From the IMG/VR virus record IMGVR_UViG_3300034050_000451, positions 186,001 to 250,000 of that record: a stretch of 64,000 nucleotides of DNA, one strand, 5' to 3'. Positions 1 through 8,061 of this stretch are shown in pieces. Each line of letters opens with the position of its first letter. The stretch's first letter is position 1. Under the pieces are notes generated by a model. The model ran no database searches, had not been told where the DNA came from, and saw nothing but the letters and a program-made list of their open reading frames with translations. Made by a program: the position numbers and the translations under genes.

Positions 1-15
1 TTAGACCAAAGGATA
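1..15 (-). tRNA. 5' end of a second tRNA (Gln/Glu-like start), truncated by the window edge
   Basis: Minus strand TATCCTT-TG-GTCT-AA fits acceptor 5' strand, U8, D-stem start and A14. It lies 37 nt downstream of tRNA-Asn. Confidence 0.45.
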
Positions 16-30
16 ATTTGTGTTACCAAT

Positions 31-43
31 ATTTCAAAGAACT
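31..43 (-). promoter_or_regulatory. boxA-like antitermination element in the tRNA spacer
   Basis: Minus strand AGTTCTTTGAAAT resembles the rrn boxA (GTTCTTTGA type). Confidence 0.5.
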
Positions 44-52
44 ATACTTTTG

Positions 53-124
53 CGGGGAGGGAGAATTTCGAAATCTCGACCTGATGATTAACAGTCATCT
101 GCTCTTCCTCTGAGCTACCACCCC
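53..124 (-). tRNA. tRNA-Asn(GTT)
   Basis: Cloverleaf GGGGTGG-TA-GCTC-AGAGGAA-GAGC-A-GATGA-CTGTTAA-TCATC-AGGTC-GAGAT-TTCGAAA-TTCTC-CCTCCCC-G; no encoded CCA. Confidence 0.93.
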
Positions 125-132
125 AATAAATT

Positions 133-169
133 AAAAAACCCCTAACTAAATTTTCATCAGTTAGGGGTT
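133..169 (-). terminator. intrinsic terminator / attenuator hairpin directly upstream of tRNA-Asn
   Basis: AACCCCTAACT-(11 nt)-AGTTAGGGGTT followed by TTTT on the minus strand. Confidence 0.85.
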
Positions 170-229
170 CTTAAATACTTTACTATTTAATCTCTACATT
201 ATATCATTCAAATATAATATCCCCTAACT
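159..229 (-). promoter_or_regulatory. putative antiterminator (three-way junction) competing with the terminator
   Basis: AGTTAGGGG (229-221) pairs with CCCCTAACT (167-159), enclosing hairpins at 220-196 and 190-171. Confidence 0.7.
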
Positions 230-329
230 TTGTATACGGTAATCTATTATCCGATTTGCGAATCGCACAATTACCAACCCAACTAAACGTTGATTGATTA
301 AGGCCCATATGTTGTATTAGAGTTTTCAT
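204..329 (-). CDS. 41-aa leader peptide (putative attenuator leader; contains all 20 amino acids)
   Basis: MKTLIQHMGLNQSTFSWVGNCAIRKSDNRLPYTKLGDIIFE; the ATG at 329 lies downstream of the promoter at 379-412. Confidence 0.7.
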   Translation of the reverse strand: MKTLIQHMGLNQSTFSWVGNCAIRKSDNRLPYTKLGDIIFE

Positions 330-378
330 TTTTATGAATGTTATATGTTTATATATATTGTGTTTTTTATTTAACGTT

Positions 379-412
379 GTAAATATACGAATAATATTTG
401 AATTAAACAAGC
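379..412 (-). promoter_or_regulatory. Bacteroidota sigma70-type promoter (TTG...TTCGTATATTT) driving the leader and tRNA array
   Basis: 35-bp identity with the copy at 791-825; one of about 20 copies in the window. Confidence 0.8.
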
Positions 413-436
413 TTTTTTTTATTTTTTTTTATTTTT

Positions 437-772
437 CTACAAAACTTCGGTTAAAATTCTCCATTCTTTTAGCGTATTACCATCAAATGTAACCTCTACT
501 GGTTTATTTTTGAGTTTATCTACACTATCTACTTTAGCTTCTTTTAAGAGTTTAGAAACGTATCTCATTGTTTCATCATATGATTTACTTCTGTCCTCTT
601 CAGTCCATTTAGTATGTTCAGTACATTTGATTTGTTCAGAATCCCAATTTCCTTTGAAATCACCAACTCCCCAACCACCATCACCCAATGTGAAACTGAT
701 ACCTAACATACATCCCTGATATCCACCAAGTCCAAATGAAACTGCTTCTATTTTTCCTAGTCTCTTTTCCAT
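437..772 (-). CDS. hypothetical phage early protein
   Basis: 111-aa ORF with its own promoter. Confidence 0.8.
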   Translation of the reverse strand: MEKRLGKIEAVSFGLGGYQGCMLGISFTLGDGGWGVGDFKGNWDSEQIKCTEHTKWTEEDRSKSYDETMRYVSKLLKEAKVDSVDKLKNKPVEVTFDGNTLKEWRILTEVL

Positions 773-788
773 AACTTATTTTATTTAT

Positions 789-822
789 ACAAATATACGA
801 ATAATATTTGAATTAAACAAGC
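789..822 (-). promoter_or_regulatory. Bacteroidota-type early promoter
   Basis: TTG...CGTATATTTG, matching -33/-7. Confidence 0.8.
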
Positions 823-823
823 T

Positions 824-1423
824 TTATTTAATATTAATATTCCAACTGATTGAAATACGTGGTACTTCGGTTGAAGTGTACTCTAAAGTCCCATGCATTA
901 ACCACGATGGGAAAGATATAAGTAAACCTTCTTTTGGTTGGATATGTAATTGAGGTGCCAACTCCTGATTTGTATTATTTGGTAATAACTTAACCAATGT
1001 GTTTATCGGTGAATCTATAACAAACTCACCACCTTTATCATTTTCCAAATCAACATACAATACGGCTGAGAACCCATTCGATGGTTGCCCAGCTCCCAAA
1101 TGGTCATGCATCTCTTGATAACATCCCTTAGTTCCAATCGTCATCCAACAATCATCTACTGAAAATTTGGTTGTAGTAAATTCACCATCTACTAAATACT
1201 GAGATGTGTGATGTAATATCAAATCCTGCAAATAATCAGGGTAGAACTTCCGTTCAACTTCACAAAATATGTTTGTTCTCGTATTACACTTCCATTGGTT
1301 TGTATTAAACAAATCATCATTTTCCTTTATGTACTTATACACATCTGCTTTCAATCGATGATGTAATTCCGCATCAATTCTGTCAAAGTATATTGGTGTT
1401 GGGAATAGGTTTTGTATTGGCAT
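824..1423 (-). CDS. 2OG-Fe(II) oxygenase (TIGR02466-like)
   Basis: LFPTPIY start, HDH, FSAVLYV, FPSWLMH and RISISWN motifs. Confidence 0.85.
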   Translation of the reverse strand: MPIQNLFPTPIYFDRIDAELHHRLKADVYKYIKENDDLFNTNQWKCNTRTNIFCEVERKFYPDYLQDLILHHTSQYLVDGEFTTTKFSVDDCWMTIGTKGCYQEMHDHLGAGQPSNGFSAVLYVDLENDKGGEFVIDSPINTLVKLLPNNTNQELAPQLHIQPKEGLLISFPSWLMHGTLEYTSTEVPRISISWNINIK

Positions 1424-1440
1424 AACTTATTTTATTTATA

Positions 1441-1472
1441 CAAATATACAAAAATTAATTCACATATCCAAA
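1441..1472 (-). promoter_or_regulatory. Bacteroidota-type promoter
   Basis: TTTG...TGTATATTTG. Confidence 0.7.
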
Positions 1473-1473
1473 T

Positions 1474-1507
1474 AAAAAACCCAACTTTTTTTAGGAGTTG
1501 GGTTTTT
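1474..1507 (-). terminator. intrinsic terminator (possibly bidirectional)
   Basis: AAAAACCCAACT...AGTTGGGTTTTT inverted repeat. Confidence 0.75.
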
Positions 1508-1524
1508 AAAAATGATTTGATAAT

Positions 1525-1809
1525 TTATTTTGTTTTTAATTCATTTATTGCATCTTCAACATACTTATCTCTTTGTTGTTGTAGATATTCAATTCGGTCT
1601 AATAGAATTTGTTTATCTTCTTTATCAGTTTGTTGGATATATGTTTTTTGCTCTTCGTATAGTTTTTGCCAATATGCAACCCTCTCTTCCATCATTCTAC
1701 CTTGATACCATATAATTCCTATCATAAGTACAATAGTAAATGATTGCTCTTTTAACTTAGAAAAGAATGTATCTGTAAATCCAGATATTGGACTGGTTGA
1801 TTCTTTCAT
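1525..1809 (-). CDS. single-TM coiled-coil protein
   Basis: Hydrophobic segment FTIVLMIGIIWY followed by a coiled coil. Confidence 0.7.
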   Translation of the reverse strand: MKESTSPISGFTDTFFSKLKEQSFTIVLMIGIIWYQGRMMEERVAYWQKLYEEQKTYIQQTDKEDKQILLDRIEYLQQQRDKYVEDAINELKTK

Positions 1810-1820
1810 ATTATATAGTT

Positions 1821-2384
1821 TTATTTATACACAATGTAAGTGTTTGTGTCTTTACCATTAAATGGTTGATTTATTGGATAATATATAAAACCACCTTCAT
1901 TAACAAATGGTAGGTACATTGAGTTTAATGTATTAATTATATCATCATTTATTTTTCGCCACCAAATATCCATTACTACAATATCATACATTTTTGTAGG
2001 TTGGAATGTATATATATCACCCTCTATAATATTAACATTTGAACCCAATGCATCCAATTCTCTATTAATATCAATAATATCAGTATTAATTTCAATTACA
2101 TCAATAGTGGTGCAAAAATCCTGCACCACGAATGGTATTACACCAAGTCCTAATCCACCAATTAAGATTGAAGTAAATTCCTTATCTAATAATTCAGGTG
2201 AATATTCCGTAATATAATTTGGTACATCATCTAATAATAGTTTACCATCTGGATTTATTAATTCTAAATAATTAAAATCATTATTCATTTGTATTTTGTA
2301 TCCATTTTTTTCTATAACTGATGTTAATGATTTACCAAGTACACCCTCAATTTGATTATCTAATAATAATTGTTTATTTATCAT
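1821..2384 (-). CDS. class I SAM-dependent methyltransferase (spermidine-synthase-like)
   Basis: ILIGGLGLG, VIEIN and YDIVVMDIW motifs. Confidence 0.75.
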   Translation of the reverse strand: MINKQLLLDNQIEGVLGKSLTSVIEKNGYKIQMNNDFNYLELINPDGKLLLDDVPNYITEYSPELLDKEFTSILIGGLGLGVIPFVVQDFCTTIDVIEINTDIIDINRELDALGSNVNIIEGDIYTFQPTKMYDIVVMDIWWRKINDDIINTLNSMYLPFVNEGGFIYYPINQPFNGKDTNTYIVYK

Positions 2385-2396
2385 TTTTTACTTAGT

Positions 2397-2930
2397 TTAA
2401 ATGAATGGGTCTTGTCTTGTCTGTATCAAATAATCACCATCTGGTACTTGTACAGTGAAAGTAAGCGACATGTCGGAATCATACTGGAAATCGACATAAT
2501 TAAAATTGTCAGAAGTTACAACAATTTCACAATAATCGGGGGTTTTTAAGGCTTCAAAAACCTGTACCAGAATAACATCAGATGGATTAGCGGTGAAATT
2601 TCCAATTTTTACCTGTGGTAGAGCAGCTGGATTATTAACTACAATTGAACCATTTTTGTATATTCGCATGCCCCCTCCAGTTGGCCCCCCTCTAAAGTGT
2701 TCCCAATATATATTTTGTGATGTAACAAGTGGTAAAGCTGAATGGTTATATTTACGCCACTCTGACATTGCTGCTGGGTTGGCTCCATTTGGTCTAAAAG
2801 TGCTGTTTACATTAATAGTAGCATATGTTCCATTCTCTGCTGCATCCAATGATATTTGAGCAGTGGCTGAACGTCCTAATTCTGTATTAATTGCAGACAT
2901 TGCTATTTGTCCTGATGCTGGTATTGTCAT
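2397..2930 (-). CDS. putative virion/tail-associated protein
   Basis: N-terminal MTIPASGQIAMSAINTELG motif typical of phage tail adhesin-like proteins; putative late motif upstream. Confidence 0.55.
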   Translation of the reverse strand: MTIPASGQIAMSAINTELGRSATAQISLDAAENGTYATINVNSTFRPNGANPAAMSEWRKYNHSALPLVTSQNIYWEHFRGGPTGGGMRIYKNGSIVVNNPAALPQVKIGNFTANPSDVILVQVFEALKTPDYCEIVVTSDNFNYVDFQYDSDMSLTFTVQVPDGDYLIQTRQDPFI

Positions 2931-3025
2931 ATTTACTTATAAATTGATTATACTAAAAACAAAAAATCCCATATTATATGTTTAGTATAAATATGAGATT
3001 TCTTTGTTTTATGAATATAACGATG

Positions 3026-3958
3026 TTAGTTCATTCCTTTGTACAATTGAGGTGCTGTTCCATAAACAGGTAACTTACCATCCCATTTGTTAATCCACTC
3101 TAATTGTAATAACAATGGTGTTAATGTAACTTGCTTCATTCTATTTGCTTCAGCTTCAGCTTTTGCTGCGGTTAACATTGCCTGAGCGTTACCATTTGCG
3201 GTTGCTACTTTGATTTTTGCCTGTGCTTCTGCGGTTTTAACTTCATTCTCTGCTCTCAGTGCTGATTGAACTGCGTTGTTCTTAGCTTCAATTGAACGTT
3301 TGAATGTTTCAGGATATATTAAGTTAGATGTGAATTGATTGATAACAAATCCCTCTTTTAATAACTGAGCATCTAACAATCTACGAACTTCAATTTCGAA
3401 TATTGCTCTATTACTAATCAACTCATCAGCCGTATATTTATTGGTTGCCAAACGGAATGCATCATACACTGCCGTTTTTAAGAAACCTTCTTCAATATCT
3501 TCCAATGGTCTACGATACTTAGCGAAGATTGCCGGAACTTTATCCCTTTGTACTGAATAGTTCATAATTGGTGATACTGAAAATTCAGAACCATCTTTTG
3601 AGTTTACAATAAATGAATTGTCAACATCTTCAGTTTTCTTATACTCTTTGTGCTGAATGAATGTTGGAAACTCATACACCTTAGTTGTGATTGGATTGTA
3701 AAATACCATACCAGTAACTGCCGTTACATCATCAACTCCTTTGTTATCACCATACTGATTAACTTTTACACCAACGTGCCCAGCATCAATTCTTTCACAC
3801 GATTGTGATAATACTGCTAATCCAATAAATACTCCTACTCCGATTAAAATTCTCTTTACCATTTGTTTAATTTTTAATTGTTTATTTAATTTTTCTTGTT
3901 CTATTAATTGTTCTTGTTCTGGTGATAATCTATTACCCCATCTGTCATAACTTGCCAT
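3026..3958 (-). CDS. SPFH/prohibitin (band 7) membrane protein
   Basis: TM segment, IDAGHVGVKV, coiled coil AEAQAK and WINKWDGKLP C-terminus. Confidence 0.9.
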   Translation of the reverse strand: MASYDRWGNRLSPEQEQLIEQEKLNKQLKIKQMVKRILIGVGVFIGLAVLSQSCERIDAGHVGVKVNQYGDNKGVDDVTAVTGMVFYNPITTKVYEFPTFIQHKEYKKTEDVDNSFIVNSKDGSEFSVSPIMNYSVQRDKVPAIFAKYRRPLEDIEEGFLKTAVYDAFRLATNKYTADELISNRAIFEIEVRRLLDAQLLKEGFVINQFTSNLIYPETFKRSIEAKNNAVQSALRAENEVKTAEAQAKIKVATANGNAQAMLTAAKAEAEANRMKQVTLTPLLLQLEWINKWDGKLPVYGTAPQLYKGMN

Positions 3959-3959
3959 A

Positions 3960-4301
3960 TTATTTTGTTGGTTTTGGTTTAGATGTTTTCACAGTTGTAC
4001 TGTGTGGTGGTAACGGATGTTCCGATTTAGTTACCTTTGGTTTACGTTTTGTTTTAGGTTTAGCGGCCATCTTAGCAGCTTCCTTTAATTCCTCTTTATC
4101 AACCAGTCCACCTTCATTTGATGTTATTAACTCTTTTAATTCCAATAAACCCCAGAATGATAATAATACTAAACCCACAAATCCTACGATGTTTAAAAGG
4201 GTATTAGCTGCTGTTAGTGCTGGAAAGATTCCATATGTTACCAATAAAAATATTGTAATAAAGGTAACGATTTGTTTTTGGTATTGCTTTAACTTATTCA
4301 T
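3960..4301 (-). CDS. two-TM membrane protein with basic tail
   Basis: Two hydrophobic segments and a Lys-rich C-terminus. Confidence 0.7.
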   Translation of the reverse strand: MNKLKQYQKQIVTFITIFLLVTYGIFPALTAANTLLNIVGFVGLVLLSFWGLLELKELITSNEGGLVDKEELKEAAKMAAKPKTKRKPKVTKSEHPLPPHSTTVKTSKPKPTK

Positions 4302-4320
4302 AATTTTATTTTTATTTATA

Positions 4321-4352
4321 CAAATATACGAAATTAATTCGATATATCCTAA
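4321..4352 (-). promoter_or_regulatory. Bacteroidota-type promoter
   Basis: TTCGTATATTTG core. Confidence 0.7.
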
Positions 4353-4742
4353 TTATTTATATTTTAATTTAACTCTATCTGAAATAGGAATGGGTTCGTT
4401 GCTTTCATCAATCCTTACAAATTTAATGTTAGTTGATAGGATTATGGTTTGCTGACCCGAATATACATTATGTGCTCTAGCTTCTAACATTAGAGTTAAA
4501 GAAGTATTCCCTATCTCCTTTACTCTTCCATATATTTTTAGAAGTTGCCCTTCTTTAGCGGGTCTTTTAAATAAACACTCATCAATTTTTACAGTCACTA
4601 TTCTGGGTGTATCACATACTTCCATTGCCATAGCGGCACCAGCAGCATCAATCCATGCTAAAAGTTTGCCACCAAATAGATTTGCATGAAACCCCAAATC
4701 AGCTTTCTTAATTGGATGGGTTGATATTAGTTGCATTTCCAT
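4353..4742 (-). CDS. acyl-CoA thioesterase (hotdog fold, YciA-like)
   Basis: NLFGGKLLAWID motif, IVTV and GNTSL. Confidence 0.85.
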   Translation of the reverse strand: MEMQLISTHPIKKADLGFHANLFGGKLLAWIDAAGAAMAMEVCDTPRIVTVKIDECLFKRPAKEGQLLKIYGRVKEIGNTSLTLMLEARAHNVYSGQQTIILSTNIKFVRIDESNEPIPISDRVKLKYK

Positions 4743-4969
4743 TAATCGAAACTTATATTTTCATCGTTCATAAATTCGTTGAGTTTACTTCTAGCCGTTT
4801 CATATGCTTTGTAAGCATCCTCACTATATTCAGCATCTGACATATATTTGTATTGTGCTCGTAACCATTGGTCCATTTCCCAAAGTACTGAGTGCATTGA
4901 TGCCCCCTGAATTGCCATTTGGAATTCATGTTCATCATCGGGTAAATTGAATTGTAATTTTGCTTTCAT
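4742..4969 (-). CDS. hypothetical phage protein
   Basis: 75-aa ORF, translationally coupled. Confidence 0.75.
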   Translation of the reverse strand: MKAKLQFNLPDDEHEFQMAIQGASMHSVLWEMDQWLRAQYKYMSDAEYSEDAYKAYETARSKLNEFMNDENISFD

Positions 4970-4979
4970 TTAAATTTTA

Positions 4980-5168
4980 TTATAAGGAGTGTCCTAATTT
5001 CTGATGTATTGATTTCATATGTTTACATGGTGTGTATCTATTGAATGAACGAGCTGAACATTCACAATTGGTAATTTTCCAATCGGTTACTGTAACATTA
5101 TAGTAGGATAACTTTCCAGTCTTTTTATTCCTACTTCCCATTTCTCTATATTGCCAAGTCATACTCAT
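4980..5168 (-). CDS. SWIM zinc-finger protein
   Basis: CxC...PCKH motif. Confidence 0.7.
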   Translation of the reverse strand: MSMTWQYREMGSRNKKTGKLSYYNVTVTDWKITNCECSARSFNRYTPCKHMKSIHQKLGHSL

Positions 5169-5169
5169 A

Positions 5170-5514
5170 TTAATCGAACCACTGTCTGCGGTTGGTTTTT
5201 AAGTTTTTAATACCTTCATCCCTATACTTAGGGTCATCTCCTAATTTCTCAGCTGCTTCAGCTATCCTACGAGCTATCTCATCATCACCTTCTTTTCCAA
5301 TTTCTTTAGCTCTCTTCAATTCCTTATCAGTTAATTCACCACCTTTGGATAAAGAGGCAAAGTTCTTTGTGTGATATTGACCTAATGGTTTAGTGAATTG
5401 TTTTAAATAGGCTGCCTTCTCATCCAAATATTGTAAAAAGGAATCGAAGTTTTCCTTAGCCAACTCATCAAGTTGGGTTTGGGTTAGTTCGTTTTCGGGA
5501 TTAAAAAGCTGCAT
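5170..5514 (-). CDS. hypothetical protein
   Basis: 114-aa ORF in operon. Confidence 0.7.
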   Translation of the reverse strand: MQLFNPENELTQTQLDELAKENFDSFLQYLDEKAAYLKQFTKPLGQYHTKNFASLSKGGELTDKELKRAKEIGKEGDDEIARRIAEAAEKLGDDPKYRDEGIKNLKTNRRQWFD

Positions 5515-5797
5515 CTTGCGCCATTATGAATCCAATACTATCTAACTCCTCTTTAACTTTCTTAACTCCACCACCAATCATCAACTCAGCTCCGATAGCA
5601 TCAATGGTTAATTGAGCCTTCATAGCGTTAATGAACTTTTTACCTTTAACACCTAATCGAACTGGTGCTTTTTCAATTTCAACTAATGATGGAAACTTCT
5701 CATTTCCAGCAGGAACTATTACACAATTCTTATAACGAACAGTTGATTCTAATGGTTCCGTACTTAATGTGATTACTTTACTTTTCATATTTTTCAA
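5501..5797 (-). CDS. hypothetical early protein (likely start 5788)
   Basis: ORF behind the conserved leader and promoter. Confidence 0.7.
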   Translation of the reverse strand: MKNMKSKVITLSTEPLESTVRYKNCVIVPAGNEKFPSLVEIEKAPVRLGVKGKKFINAMKAQLTIDAIGAELMIGGGVKKVKEELDSIGFIMAQDAAF

Positions 5798-5863
5798 TTT
5801 TAGGGGTTTAATTATCTCTTAATCTTATAACCAAATATAAGTAAAATAATTGAGACCTACAAG
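5798..5863 (-). promoter_or_regulatory. early promoter plus conserved 5' leader AAGAGATAATTAAACCCCTAAA
   Basis: The same promoter-leader block recurs at about 7987, 8414, 29088, 29411, 31650 and 31877. Confidence 0.7.
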
Positions 5864-5899
5864 CCTTTTTTCAATTATTTTCAAAAAAGTTATCAACAT

Positions 5900-6109
5900 T
5901 TATTTGTTAATAACTTGGGCATCATCTACTTTATCACATAAATAAAACAGCCCATCCTTACCTTTTAGTATTTTTTCACAATGGTAAGCTTCACATATTT
6001 CTTTTGATGTGAATTTCTGCATTACCTTCTCAAACTTTTCTCCTTTAAATGTTCGTTTTACAACAAACATCTCATTACCCATATGGATAAATTGTCTATT
6101 GTAAAACAT
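5900..6109 (-). CDS. hypothetical protein
   Basis: 69-aa ORF. Confidence 0.65.
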   Translation of the reverse strand: MFYNRQFIHMGNEMFVVKRTFKGEKFEKVMQKFTSKEICEAYHCEKILKGKDGLFYLCDKVDDAQVINK

Positions 6110-6303
6110 TAATCGTATCTTTTAAATCCATAAACCTCTTTACGAGTGGCCATGTCAATTAATGATTTAATTTCAGTTTCTCTAGCTGAAATCATACCTC
6201 CGGTCATTTGCAATAATTCCAAATCCCATTCTTTATCCACCCAACGCATGAATAACTTTGTTAGAATCTTTGATTCAATCTTTTGTATTAATTTTTGTAT
6301 CAT
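6109..6303 (-). CDS. hypothetical protein (start revised to 6303)
   Basis: The MIQKLIQK start avoids overlap with the upstream gene. Confidence 0.6.
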   Translation of the reverse strand: MIQKLIQKIESKILTKLFMRWVDKEWDLELLQMTGGMISARETEIKSLIDMATRKEVYGFKRYD

Positions 6304-6304
6304 A

Positions 6305-6718
6305 TTACATAAACATTTTATAGTTATTTTCCTCAGCGTATGCTGCAACTTCATATGGGTGGTTTGAATATTCATAACCCATATTATAATACCTACTCAT
6401 CCAACAGGGTGATTGTAAATAATGTTGATATTCGTGAATGATTGTCCTTACCAAATCTCTCCTATTTTTTACATTATCAATTACAATAGTAAGTGTATTA
6501 TCCATACTCTCATACCAACCTTTCAATTCTTTATCCTCTTCAGATTTTGACTTTGTAGTTGAACCATAAAATTCCAAATCATCATCGGCCCAAATTTCAT
6601 CCGATTTTATAATTTCCAAATAAGGTAAAGTTGATTGAAAATTACTATATCCATAGTGTTTAGCAACCTTTTTTAACTTACTATTAATAAACTTTTCCAA
6701 CTCCTTAGTTAATATCAT
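6305..6718 (-). CDS. zincin-like metallopeptidase
   Basis: TIIHEYQHYLQ and HPYEVAA motifs. Confidence 0.75.
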   Translation of the reverse strand: MILTKELEKFINSKLKKVAKHYGYSNFQSTLPYLEIIKSDEIWADDDLEFYGSTTKSKSEEDKELKGWYESMDNTLTIVIDNVKNRRDLVRTIIHEYQHYLQSPCWMSRYYNMGYEYSNHPYEVAAYAEENNYKMFM

Positions 6719-6735
6719 ATCTCTTAATTATATGT

Positions 6736-6767
6736 CTAATATACGAATAATATTTGGTATTTCCAAA
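6736..6767 (-). promoter_or_regulatory. Bacteroidota-type promoter
   Basis: TTTGG...TTCGTATATTAG. Confidence 0.7.
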
Positions 6768-6770
6768 TTT

Positions 6771-7271
6771 TTAACAACAAATTAAGTGATTTTTAACCCT
6801 TTTTTTCTGAATTTTACCCATAAGAATCTGATATTCTTTGGTTTCCATCACATAGTTTAAATCTATCGTTGTAGCGTAATAGGAATCGCTTCCTGATGAT
6901 TTCCAATCGGATTCCATTAGATAGGTGTGTATAAAGAACCACTTAAGGTCAGCCCCAGAATCATCGTAGGATACCAATAGGTAGTCCGATTCCCTCTTAG
7001 AAAACTCACCACCCCTCCAAATATGGGTAGTTTTAGCGGTTTTAATCTCCAATGCGGTACCTTTCACATAAAGGTCAGGTTCACCATCGGAAAATGGGGA
7101 TATTACCTCAGGAACCACCTTAGAAAATGATGCTTCTAACATATTGGATATCAGTTCCGATTTCAACTTAGTAGATAGGGAACCATAATCCACAACAGAT
7201 TTGAAAATTTTGAATCTGTTATTAGCTTCCTCAACAACCTGTGGTAAATAACTTAAAATATACTCTCTCAT
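6771..7271 (-). CDS. PD-(D/E)XK restriction-endonuclease-like protein
   Basis: E...EPDL...LEIKT motif. Confidence 0.6.
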   Translation of the reverse strand: MREYILSYLPQVVEEANNRFKIFKSVVDYGSLSTKLKSELISNMLEASFSKVVPEVISPFSDGEPDLYVKGTALEIKTAKTTHIWRGGEFSKRESDYLLVSYDDSGADLKWFFIHTYLMESDWKSSGSDSYYATTIDLNYVMETKEYQILMGKIQKKRVKNHLICC

Positions 7272-7275
7272 AGAT

Positions 7276-7716
7276 TTAAACGTAATAGGTTAACAATGCA
7301 ATTTCCCTTTCCTTACCCCATTCTTCTTTGTTAATGAAAATACCCAATTCATTAGCCAGATTTAACCCCCTATCCCATGCATCAACTTCATTCATAAACT
7401 GATACATATTGAATTTGGTAGGTTGTTCACAATCATCAACATTTTTATAGTGGTTAGCACTATACTTACCATGTGGTTGTAAAAAGTGACCAGCTTCATG
7501 TAAAAGTGCATACAATCCGTTTTTATTTAGATTATATCTCCTATGAATGTAAATTTTAGCATTATCAGAATTACCAATGTAACAGGTACTATTTGATAGT
7601 TCAACTGATATTGATTGGTTTTTAAGAAAATTAACAACTTTTTGAAAATTGTTAGGGAATTGGTTCATATTATAGGTATTTAGGTCCGTACATACCATAT
7701 TTAGCAGTTCCATCAA
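7276..7716 (-). CDS. HExxH metallopeptidase-like protein (likely start 7668)
   Basis: LLHEAGH...NEVDAW motif. Confidence 0.7.
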   Translation of the reverse strand: MMELLNMVCTDLNTYNMNQFPNNFQKVVNFLKNQSISVELSNSTCYIGNSDNAKIYIHRRYNLNKNGLYALLHEAGHFLQPHGKYSANHYKNVDDCEQPTKFNMYQFMNEVDAWDRGLNLANELGIFINKEEWGKEREIALLTYYV

Positions 7717-7978
7717 AGATATTACCTCTACTATGTTTAGCAGCGGCTCTCCAACTAGCAGGTTTCATTAAATCACCTTTTTTGATTGGAGCTCCTAAGT
7801 GTTCACCATCAACCATTGATACGAACCCCCAAACAGTGGTTCCATGCATCATTTTAATAAATTTACTACCTTTATTGGGTAATATTGGAGTCCAAGCTTT
7901 GTGAGTAAAGGTATTGTTCCACTCAGTTTCTAACTCAGTATTAACATTTTCTAACCAGATTTCGAATTTTGTTTTCAT
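7670..7978 (-). CDS. conserved phage early protein
   Basis: VWGFV...GDLMKPASWRAAAKHSRGNI motif, common in T4-like phages. Confidence 0.75.
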   Translation of the reverse strand: MKTKFEIWLENVNTELETEWNNTFTHKAWTPILPNKGSKFIKMMHGTTVWGFVSMVDGEHLGAPIKKGDLMKPASWRAAAKHSRGNIFDGTAKYGMYGPKYL

Positions 7979-7986
7979 TTTATTAG

Positions 7987-8050
7987 TTTTAGGGGTTTAA
8001 TTATCTCTTATTACTCTGTAAACATACGAATAATTCCTGATATAAACAAG
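7987..8050 (-). promoter_or_regulatory. early promoter plus conserved leader
   Basis: Near-identical to 8414-8480. Confidence 0.7.
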
Positions 8051-8061
8051 ACATTTCGTAA

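Noticed and set aside
330-410. 68-aa version of ORF 204..410
   Set aside because: Its upstream part overlaps the promoter itself; the ATG at 329 is the plausible start.
379-825. 35-bp direct repeats as a CRISPR array or att sites
   Set aside because: They are separated by a whole gene, match the recurrent promoter motif, and no cas or integrase genes are nearby.
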